Source of the DNA: Infirmifilum sp.
GTDB taxonomy: Archaea > Thermoproteota > Thermoprotei > Thermofilales > Thermofilaceae
Assembly (NCBI GenBank): GCA_041287245.1
Contig: JBEULP010000117.1
Span: 186,170 to 250,169, forward strand
Direction of reading: 5' to 3'
DNA: 64,000 nt
This document shows positions 38,187 through 47,751 of this stretch, piece by piece. The translations under genes were made by a program, and so were the position numbers. The notes beneath the pieces were generated by a model that saw only the letters and a list, made by a program, of their open reading frames with translations, ran no database searches and was not told the DNA's origin. Positions within the stretch are counted from its first letter, which is position 1. The number at the start of each line of letters is the position of its first letter.

Positions 38187-38367
38187 ACTGTTTTCCTGAT
38201 CCGAACGCCTATGCTCATCTTAAGCATTCTCCTATGGATTTACTTTCTTGCTATTTTCTTCAAGTTTAATATCTACTAAGAAATTTTCAAGCTGTTCTCG
38301 ATGATAGAAACAGGTAAGGATTATGGGGTTATAGAGTGCACCGTGTTATTCATCTACAACGGTTAGC

Positions 38368-38754
38368 CTACTCCTGGTCTACTTCCATTATCGAAGAAAG
38401 TGTTTTTCGAAAATCATTAATCTTGCTAATGATTGCCATCACAGTTGTTTTGCCAAATAGTCCATACTCTACATAAGATCTGAGGATCAGTTTCCCATCT
38501 TTAACCTCTACGTCTACGTCTTTTTGTTCTAGAAGCTGCGATGGCATGGTTTCAGTCTCAAGTTCAGCGTACATCATGACCTTCACGTTTTTTCCAAACG
38601 ACACTATCTCGGCTGTCATGTACTTGTCCAATGCCAAGACATCCCACCGGCTATTTGGCTCTAGCTGTGTCAAAACCCTGTAAAGATCTCTGAAGCCCTC
38701 CACTAGAATAAATTTGATACCTTCGATCTCAAAGGATCTTGAGCCAGCTGACAC
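38368..38754 (-). CDS. Hypothetical protein
   Basis: 128-aa ORF. Confidence 0.6.
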   Translation of the reverse strand: MSAGSRSFEIEGIKFILVEGFRDLYRVLTQLEPNSRWDVLALDKYMTAEIVSFGKNVKVMMYAELETETMPSQLLEQKDVDVEVKDGKLILRSYVEYGLFGKTTVMAIISKINDFRKTLSSIMEVDQE

Positions 38755-38843
38755 TATTTCAATCCGATGTTCAATTACCCACTCTATATTAAATTGTTTT
38801 TCTTGTAGAGCGAAACATATAAGCCCTCAACCGTGAATATCAT

Positions 38844-39098
38844 ATGCCAGCTCGTAAACGCTATATTGTGAAACTGGGTGAGGACGGTACTCTAAGAATA
38901 CCCGGCGCGTTGCTTGAGGAACTCGGCGTTACTGCCGGCGCTTATGTAACTATTACACGCGAGGGGTCAGGATTGATCTTAAGATTTCGGGCAAAAAGAG
39001 TTCCAATAAAGCTTGGGAGGCAGATTACGACCATAGAGATGGAGAAGTTAATAAAGGAAGCGTTAGATGAACTGGTGGTGGCCAGATGGGAGACATAA
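38844..39098 (+). CDS. AbrB/MazE-type antitoxin (VapB)
   Basis: VKLGEDGTLRIP..L.EELG swapped-hairpin motif; overlaps the PIN gene. Confidence 0.85.
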   Translation: MPARKRYIVKLGEDGTLRIPGALLEELGVTAGAYVTITREGSGLILRFRAKRVPIKLGRQITTIEMEKLIKEALDELVVARWET

Positions 39099-39505
39099 GT
39101 AGGATAGTTGTGGATACAGATATATTACTGCATGATACCTTTGAAGACAGTGAAAAGCATACAGAAGCCTCGGAAATTTTAGACGAGGCCGACAGGATCT
39201 ATTTAGCATCCATCGTGACACATGAGTATCTGTGGCTACTGCTTACGAAGTTTAAGATTGACATTGAGGTAGTCCGTGAAAAGCTTGAGGAATATTTTAG
39301 CGACTCTCGTTTTATATATATAAGCGAGAACAGTGAAGTTTTCCTTAAAGCGCTTGAATGGATGCGTGATGATAGAGCGGATCCTACGATGATTAATGAC
39401 TATATCATTCTTGTTCTGGCACAAAGGCTCGGAGCATCTCTTGCCACTTACGATGATGAACTTAAAGAGATCGCACGAAGAAGAGGTCTTACGGTAATGC
39501 CATAG
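39086..39505 (+). CDS. vapC: PIN domain toxin (VapC)
   Basis: VVDTDIL, HE, ND, LATYDDEL acidic residues. Confidence 0.9.
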   Translation: MGDISRIVVDTDILLHDTFEDSEKHTEASEILDEADRIYLASIVTHEYLWLLLTKFKIDIEVVREKLEEYFSDSRFIYISENSEVFLKALEWMRDDRADPTMINDYIILVLAQRLGASLATYDDELKEIARRRGLTVMP

Positions 39506-39627
39506 CGGACGATTTTTTCTTAGTTTTTCTCGAGTAAGTGATTTTAGTATTCTCCGGAGTAGGAACTATAAGATAGACAGGTTTATTTTCAAGTATATTA
39601 TTCACTGCACTGAGGACGGATCTCGAA

Positions 39628-40911
39628 ATGGAAAAGAGGATAATATTAGTGCTTGCTGTCCTAGCGCTAGTTGGCTTTTTAGGGGGACTTTATCTTACAG
39701 GGACTCTGAAGTTCCCAACTCAAAACCCTTCTGCGTCATGCCCCACACCGTCCATCGTGTATGTATACGAAACTGAAGCACAGAAGAATGCGGCTGACTC
39801 GATTACATCTACTTTTAAAACTGTGTTGAATAACTACGGTATAAACATAATCAATGTCCCCGTATGTACTATTCCAGCAAGCGCACTTCCTCAAAAGCTA
39901 AGGGTTTATCCTGCCTTACTTTACAAGGGGAACATTTCAGCCTTACGCATGTACACTACGGGAAGTATAGGAGACTATAATATCCTTGCACCGACCATCT
40001 CGGCTACATTTGCCTACTACCAAGGTGTGAAGGTAACATTTGGAGTTACAGTTGAGGCGTTGATAGTTGAAGGTAGCTCGCCTTATTCAAAGCTAAATGT
40101 AAGCGACGAAACCCTCAAGGATATGTTAGCTCAGGTGGCCATAGCAAACATTGCGAAGATAACCCGTGTAAAACCTGAGGAAATAGGAGTAACCCCGCTT
40201 TATCTTCCGACAACAGTGTTTAAATCTGATTACAACCTATCACAAGGAGTAAAATACCTTGTAAAACTGAAGGACAACATATATGGGTTATCAAACGAGA
40301 CTCAGCTATCCTTGCTTTCATACCTTGGAATAAGCGTGTATGAGATCAGAACGCCTCCTGCGCCGATATTAAACAAAGGGGTTCCCTACGGAAGTAATGC
40401 GACTGTCACCCTCTACCTCCTAGAGGATTACCACTGTCCCTTCTGCGCCGACTTATTCAATAGTGTTGGAAACGAGTTTCAATCCATTGTAAGGCAGGGG
40501 AAACTCCAGCTCGTATTTGTTGATCTAATTGTTCATCCTGAGGTGATCGAAATGCATGCTTTTACTAAATGCATCTATAATATGACGGGCAGTGGCGAGG
40601 TTTATTTTAATATAACAAGAGACTTGTATCGCATTGGAACATCAACTACGATAAATGATTCAAAATCTATAGCGTTAAGATATTTGTCCCAAGGGATCGT
40701 TACGAAGGCGCAAGAATGCGCTAACGCAACCGTTAATGATGTTCGACAGAATGCGCAGCAGATCACAAGTATCGGCTTTACTGGGACACCGACACTGATA
40801 TTCTGGAACAACTCTACACGAAAGGGAATAGTTATTGAAGGATGCTTACAGGTTCACCCATGCTTGACGCAGCAGCAGCTGGAACAGATACTTGCATGGT
40901 TAGGTAGCTAA
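39628..40911 (+). CDS. Membrane-anchored DsbA/thioredoxin-like disulfide oxidoreductase
   Basis: N-terminal TM helix, DYHCPFCA, GFTGTPT. Confidence 0.82.
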   Translation: MEKRIILVLAVLALVGFLGGLYLTGTLKFPTQNPSASCPTPSIVYVYETEAQKNAADSITSTFKTVLNNYGINIINVPVCTIPASALPQKLRVYPALLYKGNISALRMYTTGSIGDYNILAPTISATFAYYQGVKVTFGVTVEALIVEGSSPYSKLNVSDETLKDMLAQVAIANIAKITRVKPEEIGVTPLYLPTTVFKSDYNLSQGVKYLVKLKDNIYGLSNETQLSLLSYLGISVYEIRTPPAPILNKGVPYGSNATVTLYLLEDYHCPFCADLFNSVGNEFQSIVRQGKLQLVFVDLIVHPEVIEMHAFTKCIYNMTGSGEVYFNITRDLYRIGTSTTINDSKSIALRYLSQGIVTKAQECANATVNDVRQNAQQITSIGFTGTPTLIFWNNSTRKGIVIEGCLQVHPCLTQQQLEQILAWLGS

Positions 40912-41016
40912 GAACTATTACGTAAGTCCTTTTTTAGCTTAGAATGGTTAGAGCCTAATATTTTGAATATTTTATAGCGAAAATCTTATATATTGGAATT
41001 CAATCCAATTACCAAA

Positions 41017-41538
41017 ATGAACTCGAGAGAACTTGCTGTCGCCGCCGTCTTCGTATCGTTAAGTGTCTCACTGAGAATAGTCAAGAATGCATTAACCTCA
41101 ATCCAATTTCTAAATATCCCCTTATTATTTGCACTTGTCGCCTCAGCAATTTATGGTTCAAAAATTGGTTTCCTAGTAGGATTTTTCTCCTACTTTCTCT
41201 CGGATTTGATGATATTTCCAGGCATTTGGACCCTAGTAAACTCTACTTGTGCTGGCTTAACAGCATTTTTCTATCATTTTGTGGCGAAGAGTTCTGAAGG
41301 GAAAACAGTACATTTTGTTGTGACATTTTTATTTCTTCTAGCTTTCGATGTTATAACTTCAACCTTGCTCTACATTGCTTTTGGACTGGAATTTTTAAAG
41401 GCTGTTATATTTTCTTTCGTGGGGCTCTTCCTACCCGTTATGGGAGGCTATCTTATTGGGGTAGGTCCTTTGACCGAAGCACTAACATCACTGCTAGTAG
41501 TTCTGCTTATAGAGGAGATTATTAAGAGAAAAATATAA
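41017..41538 (+). CDS. ECF transporter S component, CbrT-like (cobalamin?)
   Basis: GFLVGFFSYFLSD..FPGIWT; next to a DUF4430 gene. Confidence 0.7.
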   Translation: MNSRELAVAAVFVSLSVSLRIVKNALTSIQFLNIPLLFALVASAIYGSKIGFLVGFFSYFLSDLMIFPGIWTLVNSTCAGLTAFFYHFVAKSSEGKTVHFVVTFLFLLAFDVITSTLLYIAFGLEFLKAVIFSFVGLFLPVMGGYLIGVGPLTEALTSLLVVLLIEEIIKRKI

Positions 41539-41563
41539 ATATTGGATAAAAAACCAGTTATCC

Positions 41564-42022
41564 GTGAGCTCTAAAAATCAACAGCTCGTTTTAGTGATCT
41601 TGTTGATATGGGCTTTAATAGCGAGTGCTGCAGCAAGCTACCTCTATCTCGAGAATGAATATCTAAACAGGGAAATATCGGCAATTGGAACCAAGTATGT
41701 GAAGGTCAATATTGGCATTAATTATGGTAACGGAACAATCGCCTGGTACAATCAGACTTTACTCCCCAAAGGTGCTACGGCTCTTACAGCTCTTCTAACT
41801 GTTGCACGGGTTGAGTATAAGATAGGAACGTGGGGAGCCTATGTTACCAGTGTTAATGGAGTCGCTGAAAAAATATTATCGAACAACGAGGGGTACTCTT
41901 GGATGTGGTATAGATACGCTTCAGACAAGGGAAAGCTTGTTCAGGGGGAGGTGGCTGCTGATAAATATAAATTAACCGAAGGCGAAACAATTGTATGGAG
42001 TTATGAGCACTGGAAATTCTGA
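41564..42022 (+). CDS. DUF4430 (transcobalamin C-terminal-like) membrane-anchored protein
   Basis: GAYVTSVNGV, WMWY, GEVAADKY.L.EGETIVW. Confidence 0.8.
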   Translation: MSSKNQQLVLVILLIWALIASAAASYLYLENEYLNREISAIGTKYVKVNIGINYGNGTIAWYNQTLLPKGATALTALLTVARVEYKIGTWGAYVTSVNGVAEKILSNNEGYSWMWYRYASDKGKLVQGEVAADKYKLTEGETIVWSYEHWKF

Positions 42023-42623
42023 GGAGCAACTCCTTTTATTGCTTTTTCTCTACTTTAACAGAGATTACTTTGGGAGATCCGGTCTTGCCAGAGCTCTCCA
42101 AGTGGGTGAAGGTAGGCTTAGGAGGCTACTTGCAGAATTAGCGGATGTCGGGTTTATAGTGAAGGTAAGAGCTGGTACAAGGCTCACTGCGAGAGGGGTT
42201 AGTGAGGTTGAGCGATATTTGCTGCAAAAAGGTGTGGTTGGGGTTTTCCTATCAAGTGCTGAGGAACTTGGATCGGAAGTTGCGGTAGTAGCATATACTC
42301 TGGTGGGTTATAGTCCCAGCATACGAATAGTGGAGCTTAGGGACGAGGCGGTTAGAGGAGGTGCTAGGGGGGCAGTGCTACTAAGATATGAAGATGGGAA
42401 ACTTATCGTGCCTCCTATCGAAGAAGACTTTTGTGTTTATGCAAAGACGTTGTGTAGAAACATCATGAGACGGAAGGAGCCAAAGCAAGGATCACTTGTC
42501 ATAACCGTATTTGGAGACAGTCTTAAGGATGCAGTCCAAGGACTGGTCAGACTCCTTGAAAGCAGGTACTACCTTGCCTTAATCCATCCATCCAAAACAC
42601 CTGGAAGCTCGGCTAAAGTGTAA
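42003..42623 (+). CDS. wHTH protein, DUF4443/CggR-N-like putative regulator
   Basis: GRSGLARALQVGEGRLRRLL, LRDEAVRGGARGA. Confidence 0.72.
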   Translation: MSTGNSEEQLLLLLFLYFNRDYFGRSGLARALQVGEGRLRRLLAELADVGFIVKVRAGTRLTARGVSEVERYLLQKGVVGVFLSSAEELGSEVAVVAYTLVGYSPSIRIVELRDEAVRGGARGAVLLRYEDGKLIVPPIEEDFCVYAKTLCRNIMRRKEPKQGSLVITVFGDSLKDAVQGLVRLLESRYYLALIHPSKTPGSSAKV

Positions 42624-43285
42624 ATGTAAGCGTCAGCTGCGCTCGCCTTTGTCTTCGCGTATTTCAAAACCTGAATGGTTTTAAACCCTGCTCTCTGGGC
42701 ACCCTCGATATCAGCGATTGGGTCGTCCCCCACATGTACGCATTTAGGCGGCTCTGTACCCATAAGCTTGGAGGCTAACTGGAATATCTCTTTTGCAGGT
42801 TTTTTCCAGGATACAGCCTGGGAAGCAATAAGAACATCAACATAATCTATTATCCCAGTCTCTCGAAGCCTTTTCGAGACAATATCGTAGCTGCCTACAT
42901 TCGTAATGATTCCAATACGTAGTCCCCGCTCTCGTAAGGCTGAGAGGACGCTATTAGCATCAGGATCCAGTTTAAAGCCACTCACATACGCTTTGAGTAT
43001 TTCGAGGTAAAGTTTCTCGGATACAAGTGGTCTTGGAATAACCCCTATCTCGCGTAGAAAAAACATGGAACGAATCAGATCCCACTCTTCTAAATAGTCA
43101 AACCAGTTGCCAGTCTTTTCCCAGATCTTAAGAACCTCTGCTTCACTTAACTCCTTGTTAAATTCTCTTTTTACAAATTGTGTCAGGGTCTTCGCCAAAG
43201 CTTGTTTAAACCCTACATCGTAAACTAGTGTTCCTCCCATGTCGAAAAAAACTGCTTCAACAGTACGGCTCACAGGGGAATACAA
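42569..43285 (-). CDS. HAD family hydrolase
   Basis: FFDMGGTL, ITN, KPAKEIF, HVGDD..ADIEGA. Confidence 0.92.
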   Translation of the reverse strand: MYSPVSRTVEAVFFDMGGTLVYDVGFKQALAKTLTQFVKREFNKELSEAEVLKIWEKTGNWFDYLEEWDLIRSMFFLREIGVIPRPLVSEKLYLEILKAYVSGFKLDPDANSVLSALRERGLRIGIITNVGSYDIVSKRLRETGIIDYVDVLIASQAVSWKKPAKEIFQLASKLMGTEPPKCVHVGDDPIADIEGAQRAGFKTIQVLKYAKTKASAADAYIYTLAELPGVLDGWIKAR

Positions 43286-43383
43286 CCCCCGCTCTTTATA
43301 TTCTTAATCAATCACGATAGCTGTGCATGAGAGAAAAACTTTATAGTGGCGTTATATTTCTGCTTAATAGACTTGTGATCTTC

Positions 43384-44037
43384 ATGGAAGATTTTCATCA
43401 GGATGCCACTAGGCTAGTTTCAAAGGGTAGGATTAAAGCCCTTTTGTCCGAAGAAGGAGAAATATTATACCTCGATATTGACGGAAGTATATACGAGGGG
43501 GTGGGGGATAGAGTCCCGGTACCTCTCTGGAGGTTGAGGAGATTAAAACTTAAAGACATTCCTCCCAATGTGTTTATCGAGCCTGTGGAGAGAATACAAG
43601 AGAACATTATTTACACTCTCCGCTACTCACCTAGATTATTCTTTGATGCTAGGTTTAGCTACGGTAACGTTAAAGTCGAGGTTACGGAGTGGGCGCAAAC
43701 ATGGGACGGCTACATAGGATTCTATGCTTATATGGAATCTCTCGCATCAATATTAGAAGAAGCAGAAGAAACAGGGTTTATAAGAGATCTTAACGTGGAC
43801 TTTTCAGACGACTCTTTTTATATCTCTTTCACAATAGACCTGCCAAAGGAGATGACCATTCTGAGAGCTATCAAGGTTACCAAAAGTATTCTACAGCTAG
43901 TTGATCACGAGACAGAATACCACGCTGCCCTGTTGGCCCTTAGAGAGGCGAGGAAAATATTGAAAAGAGGCAAGCAAAAACACTACTCTGCGTTTATTGA
44001 AAAGCTTGAGAAGATCTACAAGCGCTATGAGCTGTAA
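43384..44037 (+). CDS. Hypothetical protein
   Basis: Long ORF, probable start ATG 43384. Confidence 0.7.
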   Translation: MEDFHQDATRLVSKGRIKALLSEEGEILYLDIDGSIYEGVGDRVPVPLWRLRRLKLKDIPPNVFIEPVERIQENIIYTLRYSPRLFFDARFSYGNVKVEVTEWAQTWDGYIGFYAYMESLASILEEAEETGFIRDLNVDFSDDSFYISFTIDLPKEMTILRAIKVTKSILQLVDHETEYHAALLALREARKILKRGKQKHYSAFIEKLEKIYKRYEL

Positions 44038-44115
44038 TGCTCCTCTGATTCTTTTTCTAAAACATAAACTAGCAAAAAGCATATTTATCAAAGCTCTCTA
44101 ACCCCTTTGAAACAA

Positions 44116-44616
44116 ATGCTTGACGAGAAGGATTTAGCCATCCTGGAGGCGCTTCAAGAAAATGCAAGGTTAACGGTTAAAGAGCTAAGCAAGAAAATAG
44201 GATCTCCTATAACCACCGCTCACGCAAGGCTCAAGAGATTGGAGAGAGAGGGTTACATAAAGGCGTACCGCGCAATCCTTGAGCCCAAAAAATTGGGTTT
44301 TCCAACAATCGCGTTTATCTTTGTAAGCTTCGCGAAAATACAAGGCATAGATCAGCGAAAAGTGGCGGAGGCTATAGGTAAGTTCCCAGAAGTACAAGAG
44401 GTTCACATAATCACCGGTGAATGGGATATTTTGGTTAAAGTGCGCGTGAAAAGTGTTGATGAGCTAGGGGATTTTGTAGTAAACAAACTCAGAAACATAG
44501 AAGGAGTTGAAAAGACCTATACTTCAGTTGTACTTGAAAACGTGAAGGAGACAACCAAACTGCCTGTTAGCAAGCTACCCGGACACGCCTCCAGAGAAAA
44601 AACCGAGGAAAAATAA
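44116..44616 (+). CDS. Lrp/AsnC family transcriptional regulator
   Basis: LDEKDLAIL...NAR, RLKRLEREGYI, ITGEWD. Confidence 0.93.
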   Translation: MLDEKDLAILEALQENARLTVKELSKKIGSPITTAHARLKRLEREGYIKAYRAILEPKKLGFPTIAFIFVSFAKIQGIDQRKVAEAIGKFPEVQEVHIITGEWDILVKVRVKSVDELGDFVVNKLRNIEGVEKTYTSVVLENVKETTKLPVSKLPGHASREKTEEK

Positions 44617-44666
44617 GTTTACGAAACTCCTATAAACACCCATGGTTTTGAGATTGCGGGGTTCTT

Positions 44667-45101
44667 GTGAAGAAAATCTACTTTGCGGCTCCAATGAGGG
44701 GAGTTAGGGACGCCTTGAATGAAAGTAGGGCTATACTTAAAAGGCTTGAAGAGTGCGGAAACCTAATTCTCACGAAGCACGTTGTAGAGGACGTTCTCGA
44801 TACGGATAAAGGCTTAACGCACCAGGAGGTTTTTGCCAGGGATGTTCAACTCCTAGATGAAGCTGATCTCCTGATAGCCGAGGTATCATATCCCAGTCTT
44901 GGTGTGGGTTTTGAAATAGCCTATACTCTCTTAAAAGGCAAGCCTGTTGTAGCTTTAGTCAAGAAAGACCGGGTTGAAGCCCTATCATCTCTAATCAGGG
45001 GGATAACGTGGAGCAACTTTTACCTTATAGAGTATTCAGACCTGCGTGAGGCCTTTGAAGGTCTAGGGAAGCTTGGCCTTGTCAAGGGTGATTGCCTGTG
45101 A
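44667..45101 (+). CDS. Nucleoside 2-deoxyribosyltransferase/DNPH1-like N-glycosidase
   Basis: IYFAAPMRG, RD, AEVSYPSLGVGFE. Confidence 0.88.
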   Translation: MKKIYFAAPMRGVRDALNESRAILKRLEECGNLILTKHVVEDVLDTDKGLTHQEVFARDVQLLDEADLLIAEVSYPSLGVGFEIAYTLLKGKPVVALVKKDRVEALSSLIRGITWSNFYLIEYSDLREAFEGLGKLGLVKGDCL

Positions 45102-45871
45102 AGGCAGGCATAGTTATACTTGACAATGCCTCAAAACCCGAGTCATCTAGAAAGTGGCTTGAAGGTTATCTAAAGTCTATAGGTGTAGAGGTAAGCTCGT
45201 ATCTTCTAAAGCTAGGCGATATTGATTATTTGAAGGAAATCTTCAGTCAAAACGACGCTTTAATCATTGTGGGCGCTGCGGGCGAGAAGAGTGTTGTCGG
45301 AAAGGTTGCTGAACTGCTTAACCTAGGCGTTGAGGTAAACGGTGAAGCGCTGGAAATGATTAGGAGCTACTATTCGGATCAGATTGATCTCCCAGAGCAT
45401 GTTGAGGAAAAAGCTATGATGCCTGAGTTTAGCTTTGTTGTTCCCAACGAGCGAGGACCAGTACCAGGATTTGTTGCCTTTAGCCTCACTAATGATAAGT
45501 TCATCGCGGCAACCCCAGCAAGGTTTGAGGAAGCCGTCGAGTGTTTCGAAACCGGGATACAGGACTTTTTCAGGGCTAAAACCGGTAAAAAATATTCTGT
45601 AACGTTCACGCTCTACCTAGATGGAAGCATTGAGGAAGCCGAAAACATGGTTAGAAAACTTGAAACCCAGGCGGAAAACACCTTCATACGTCTTGATGCA
45701 AGATTTCTAGGCCGTGAAGGAGTGCCGATCGTCCTCACAGTTTACGCCGCAACACCCGAGGAGCTCTCGGATACGATGGCAAAACTGGAGGATTATTCTC
45801 ATCGTTTGGCGCAGGAAATGGGAAAAAAGCTCATCGAAAAAACCCAGCCCGAACAGGAAGAAGAGTTTTAA
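45092..45871 (+). CDS. Divergent CinA/molybdopterin-binding domain protein
   Basis: EKAMMP..S.VVPNERGPVPG resembles the CinA N-domain; GGLG motif degenerate. Confidence 0.55.
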   Translation: MPVKAGIVILDNASKPESSRKWLEGYLKSIGVEVSSYLLKLGDIDYLKEIFSQNDALIIVGAAGEKSVVGKVAELLNLGVEVNGEALEMIRSYYSDQIDLPEHVEEKAMMPEFSFVVPNERGPVPGFVAFSLTNDKFIAATPARFEEAVECFETGIQDFFRAKTGKKYSVTFTLYLDGSIEEAENMVRKLETQAENTFIRLDARFLGREGVPIVLTVYAATPEELSDTMAKLEDYSHRLAQEMGKKLIEKTQPEQEEEF

Positions 45872-45900
45872 ATCCTCTACTCCTGCTTTTAAGGGTTATC

Positions 45901-46266
45901 ATGAGGGTATTGAATGCCAAAGACTACCAAGAGAGGTGGATAATAGTCTTCTCTGACTCTAACAAATGGCGGGCAGGGATATATATCCCCGAGAACAATT
46001 CTCTTGAGGAGATCATAATTCTCGAACGACATAATAGACCAGAGCTTTTCACACTTCTCGAGGGCGAAATGATACTAGTGGTATCGGAGGATGGTGTGAT
46101 GATTGATGAGGTTCCAATGAGGCAAGGGCAAATCTACATAGTTGAGGAGTGGCATAACGCCTATATACCTAGAGGGAAAACCGGGAAAGCCCTCGTAATA
46201 GAGGCAGACGACATCGAGACCGAATATATGTTTATTAAACCGGCAGTTCGCTGTCGGGACCAGTGA
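45901..46266 (+). CDS. Cupin-like protein
   Basis: ERH..PELF.LLEGE...WHNA cupin metal-ligand pattern. Confidence 0.65.
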   Translation: MRVLNAKDYQERWIIVFSDSNKWRAGIYIPENNSLEEIIILERHNRPELFTLLEGEMILVVSEDGVMIDEVPMRQGQIYIVEEWHNAYIPRGKTGKALVIEADDIETEYMFIKPAVRCRDQ

Positions 46267-46296
46267 AGTTTAAAAAACGGGGCATGTTAAAAGGAA

Positions 46297-46351
46297 GTGA
46301 TGATGAGTGAACTCCCCGTCTAGAGTGGATGAGGAGGTTTCTGGTCGCTGA
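46297..46351 (+). ncRNA. C/D box methylation guide sRNA
   Basis: C box ATGATGA 46300-46306, atypical D' near 46320, C' GGATGA, D CTGA 46348-46351. Confidence 0.7.
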
Positions 46352-46359
46352 ACAGATAT

Positions 46360-46554
46360 TTTTACTAGGGTTGCCCCCCTACCCTAACAATCTCGGAGAG
46401 ATAGTTTCTGGGGCTATTATATACCTTCAAGGTACCCAGATGTTTACGATGAAGGTGCGCCTCTGGACTACTATACGGAAAAAGATTCTAATTCATGCAT
46501 ATTGTGTGCACAAAAATAATAGAGTGGGTGAAAAACAATATCCCAAAAATTTGA
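46360..46554 (+). pseudogene. HEPN domain toxin remnant
   Basis: YYIPSRYPDVYDEGAPLDYYTEKD from 46415; frameshift in A run 46512-46516 before IIEWVK; N-terminus lost. Confidence 0.7.
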
Positions 46555-46924
46555 TGATTTAATCGAAAGATACAAGTTTTTTAAAACAAAAGTTATAATA
46601 CTATTCGGATCCCGCGCGCGCGGAGACTATACTGACAGAAGCGACTATGACATCCTAGTAGTGGCTGATGATCTTCCGCCCGATCCGCGGGAAGCCTACG
46701 TAAAGTTAGTGGTACCGGAACATCCAGAAGTTCATCCGGTGGGTATGAATACTGAGGTCTTTGTTAGAAAGCTTGCTCAGGGAAGCACTTTCCTACTCGA
46801 GATTCTTGATGAAGGAAAGATACTGTATGCTGATAACGCTTTTCTAGAGGATATAAGAAAAATCTGCGAGAAAGTTAGAAGCAGGTATGTTAGAAGAGAT
46901 AAAACATGGGTTAGGATAAGCTAG
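46524..46924 (+). pseudogene. MNT (minimal nucleotidyltransferase) antitoxin, probably frameshifted at its start
   Basis: ILFGSRARGDYTDRSDYDILVV lies upstream of the listed GTG 46661; no in-frame canonical start after TGA 46529; adding one A at 46531-46535 joins it to GTG 46524. Confidence 0.7.
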
Positions 46925-46992
46925 GGTAGACATGGCGGATAGGATGAGAATCGAATGTCTCAATTTCTGAAAGCTCAGATGCACTAAACAAT

Positions 46993-47751
46993 TTAAGCGC
47001 TTATAAGCTCATACACGCGGTCCTCAAGCTTTTGGAACTCAGGTGACCTTCTATCACGCGGCCTCGGAAGGTTTACTTCAATGATCCCGGCAATCTTAGC
47101 TGGTCTAGCTGTGAGAACCATTAACCTGTCAGCCATCATTATAGCCTCGTCGACGCTATGTGTGACCATTATAATCGTTCTGACAGAGGTTACACCCCAC
47201 AACCATAGATCGATAACTTCAGAGCGCAGAGATTCAGCCGTAAGGGGGTCTAGCGCCGAGAAAGGTTCATCCATCAAGAGAATAACTGGTTCTATTGCAA
47301 GGGCGCGTGCAATATTGACTCTCTGCCTCATACCCCCACTTAATTCACGAGGATAAAACTCCTCAAACGACTGTAATCCTACAAGCGAAAGGTATTTTCT
47401 CGCCTTTTCTTTAGCCTCGTCCCAGCCCAGGCCGTTAACACGTAGAGGAAGCGCTACGTTTTCGAGGACAGTCATCCAGGGGAGCAGAGTCGGGAATTGA
47501 AATATAAAACCAATCTTTGAGTCTTTCCTGTGTAAAACTATTTCACCAGAATCAGGCTTTTCCAGTCCAGCTATGATTCTCAGGAGAGTTGTCTTACCAC
47601 AGCCGGATGGGCCCAGTATTGCGACAAATTCTTCATTAATGTCTACGGTTATGCCGTCAAGCACTTTCAGGGTCTTGGAATCCTCGGTGAATGACTTCGT
47701 AATATTCCTCAGGGAAAGAATGACGTTTTTCGTCCTCTCCATGCTCATCAT
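46993..47751 (-). CDS. ABC transporter ATP-binding protein (NitT/TauT type)
   Basis: GPSGCGKT, LLPW.TV, LSGGMRQR, MDEPFSALD. Confidence 0.93.
   Translation of the reverse strand: MMSMERTKNVILSLRNITKSFTEDSKTLKVLDGITVDINEEFVAILGPSGCGKTTLLRIIAGLEKPDSGEIVLHRKDSKIGFIFQFPTLLPWMTVLENVALPLRVNGLGWDEAKEKARKYLSLVGLQSFEEFYPRELSGGMRQRVNIARALAIEPVILLMDEPFSALDPLTAESLRSEVIDLWLWGVTSVRTIIMVTHSVDEAIMMADRLMVLTARPAKIAGIIEVNLPRPRDRRSPEFQKLEDRVYELISA

Noticed and set aside
38187-38367. Possible small gene or sRNA in a 180-bp gap
   Set aside because: Only short open stretches without a good start, and no complete C/D box layout
46941-46970. AGGATGA...CTGA as a fourth C/D sRNA
   Set aside because: Only one C/D pair over 30 nt; internal D'/C' boxes are absent
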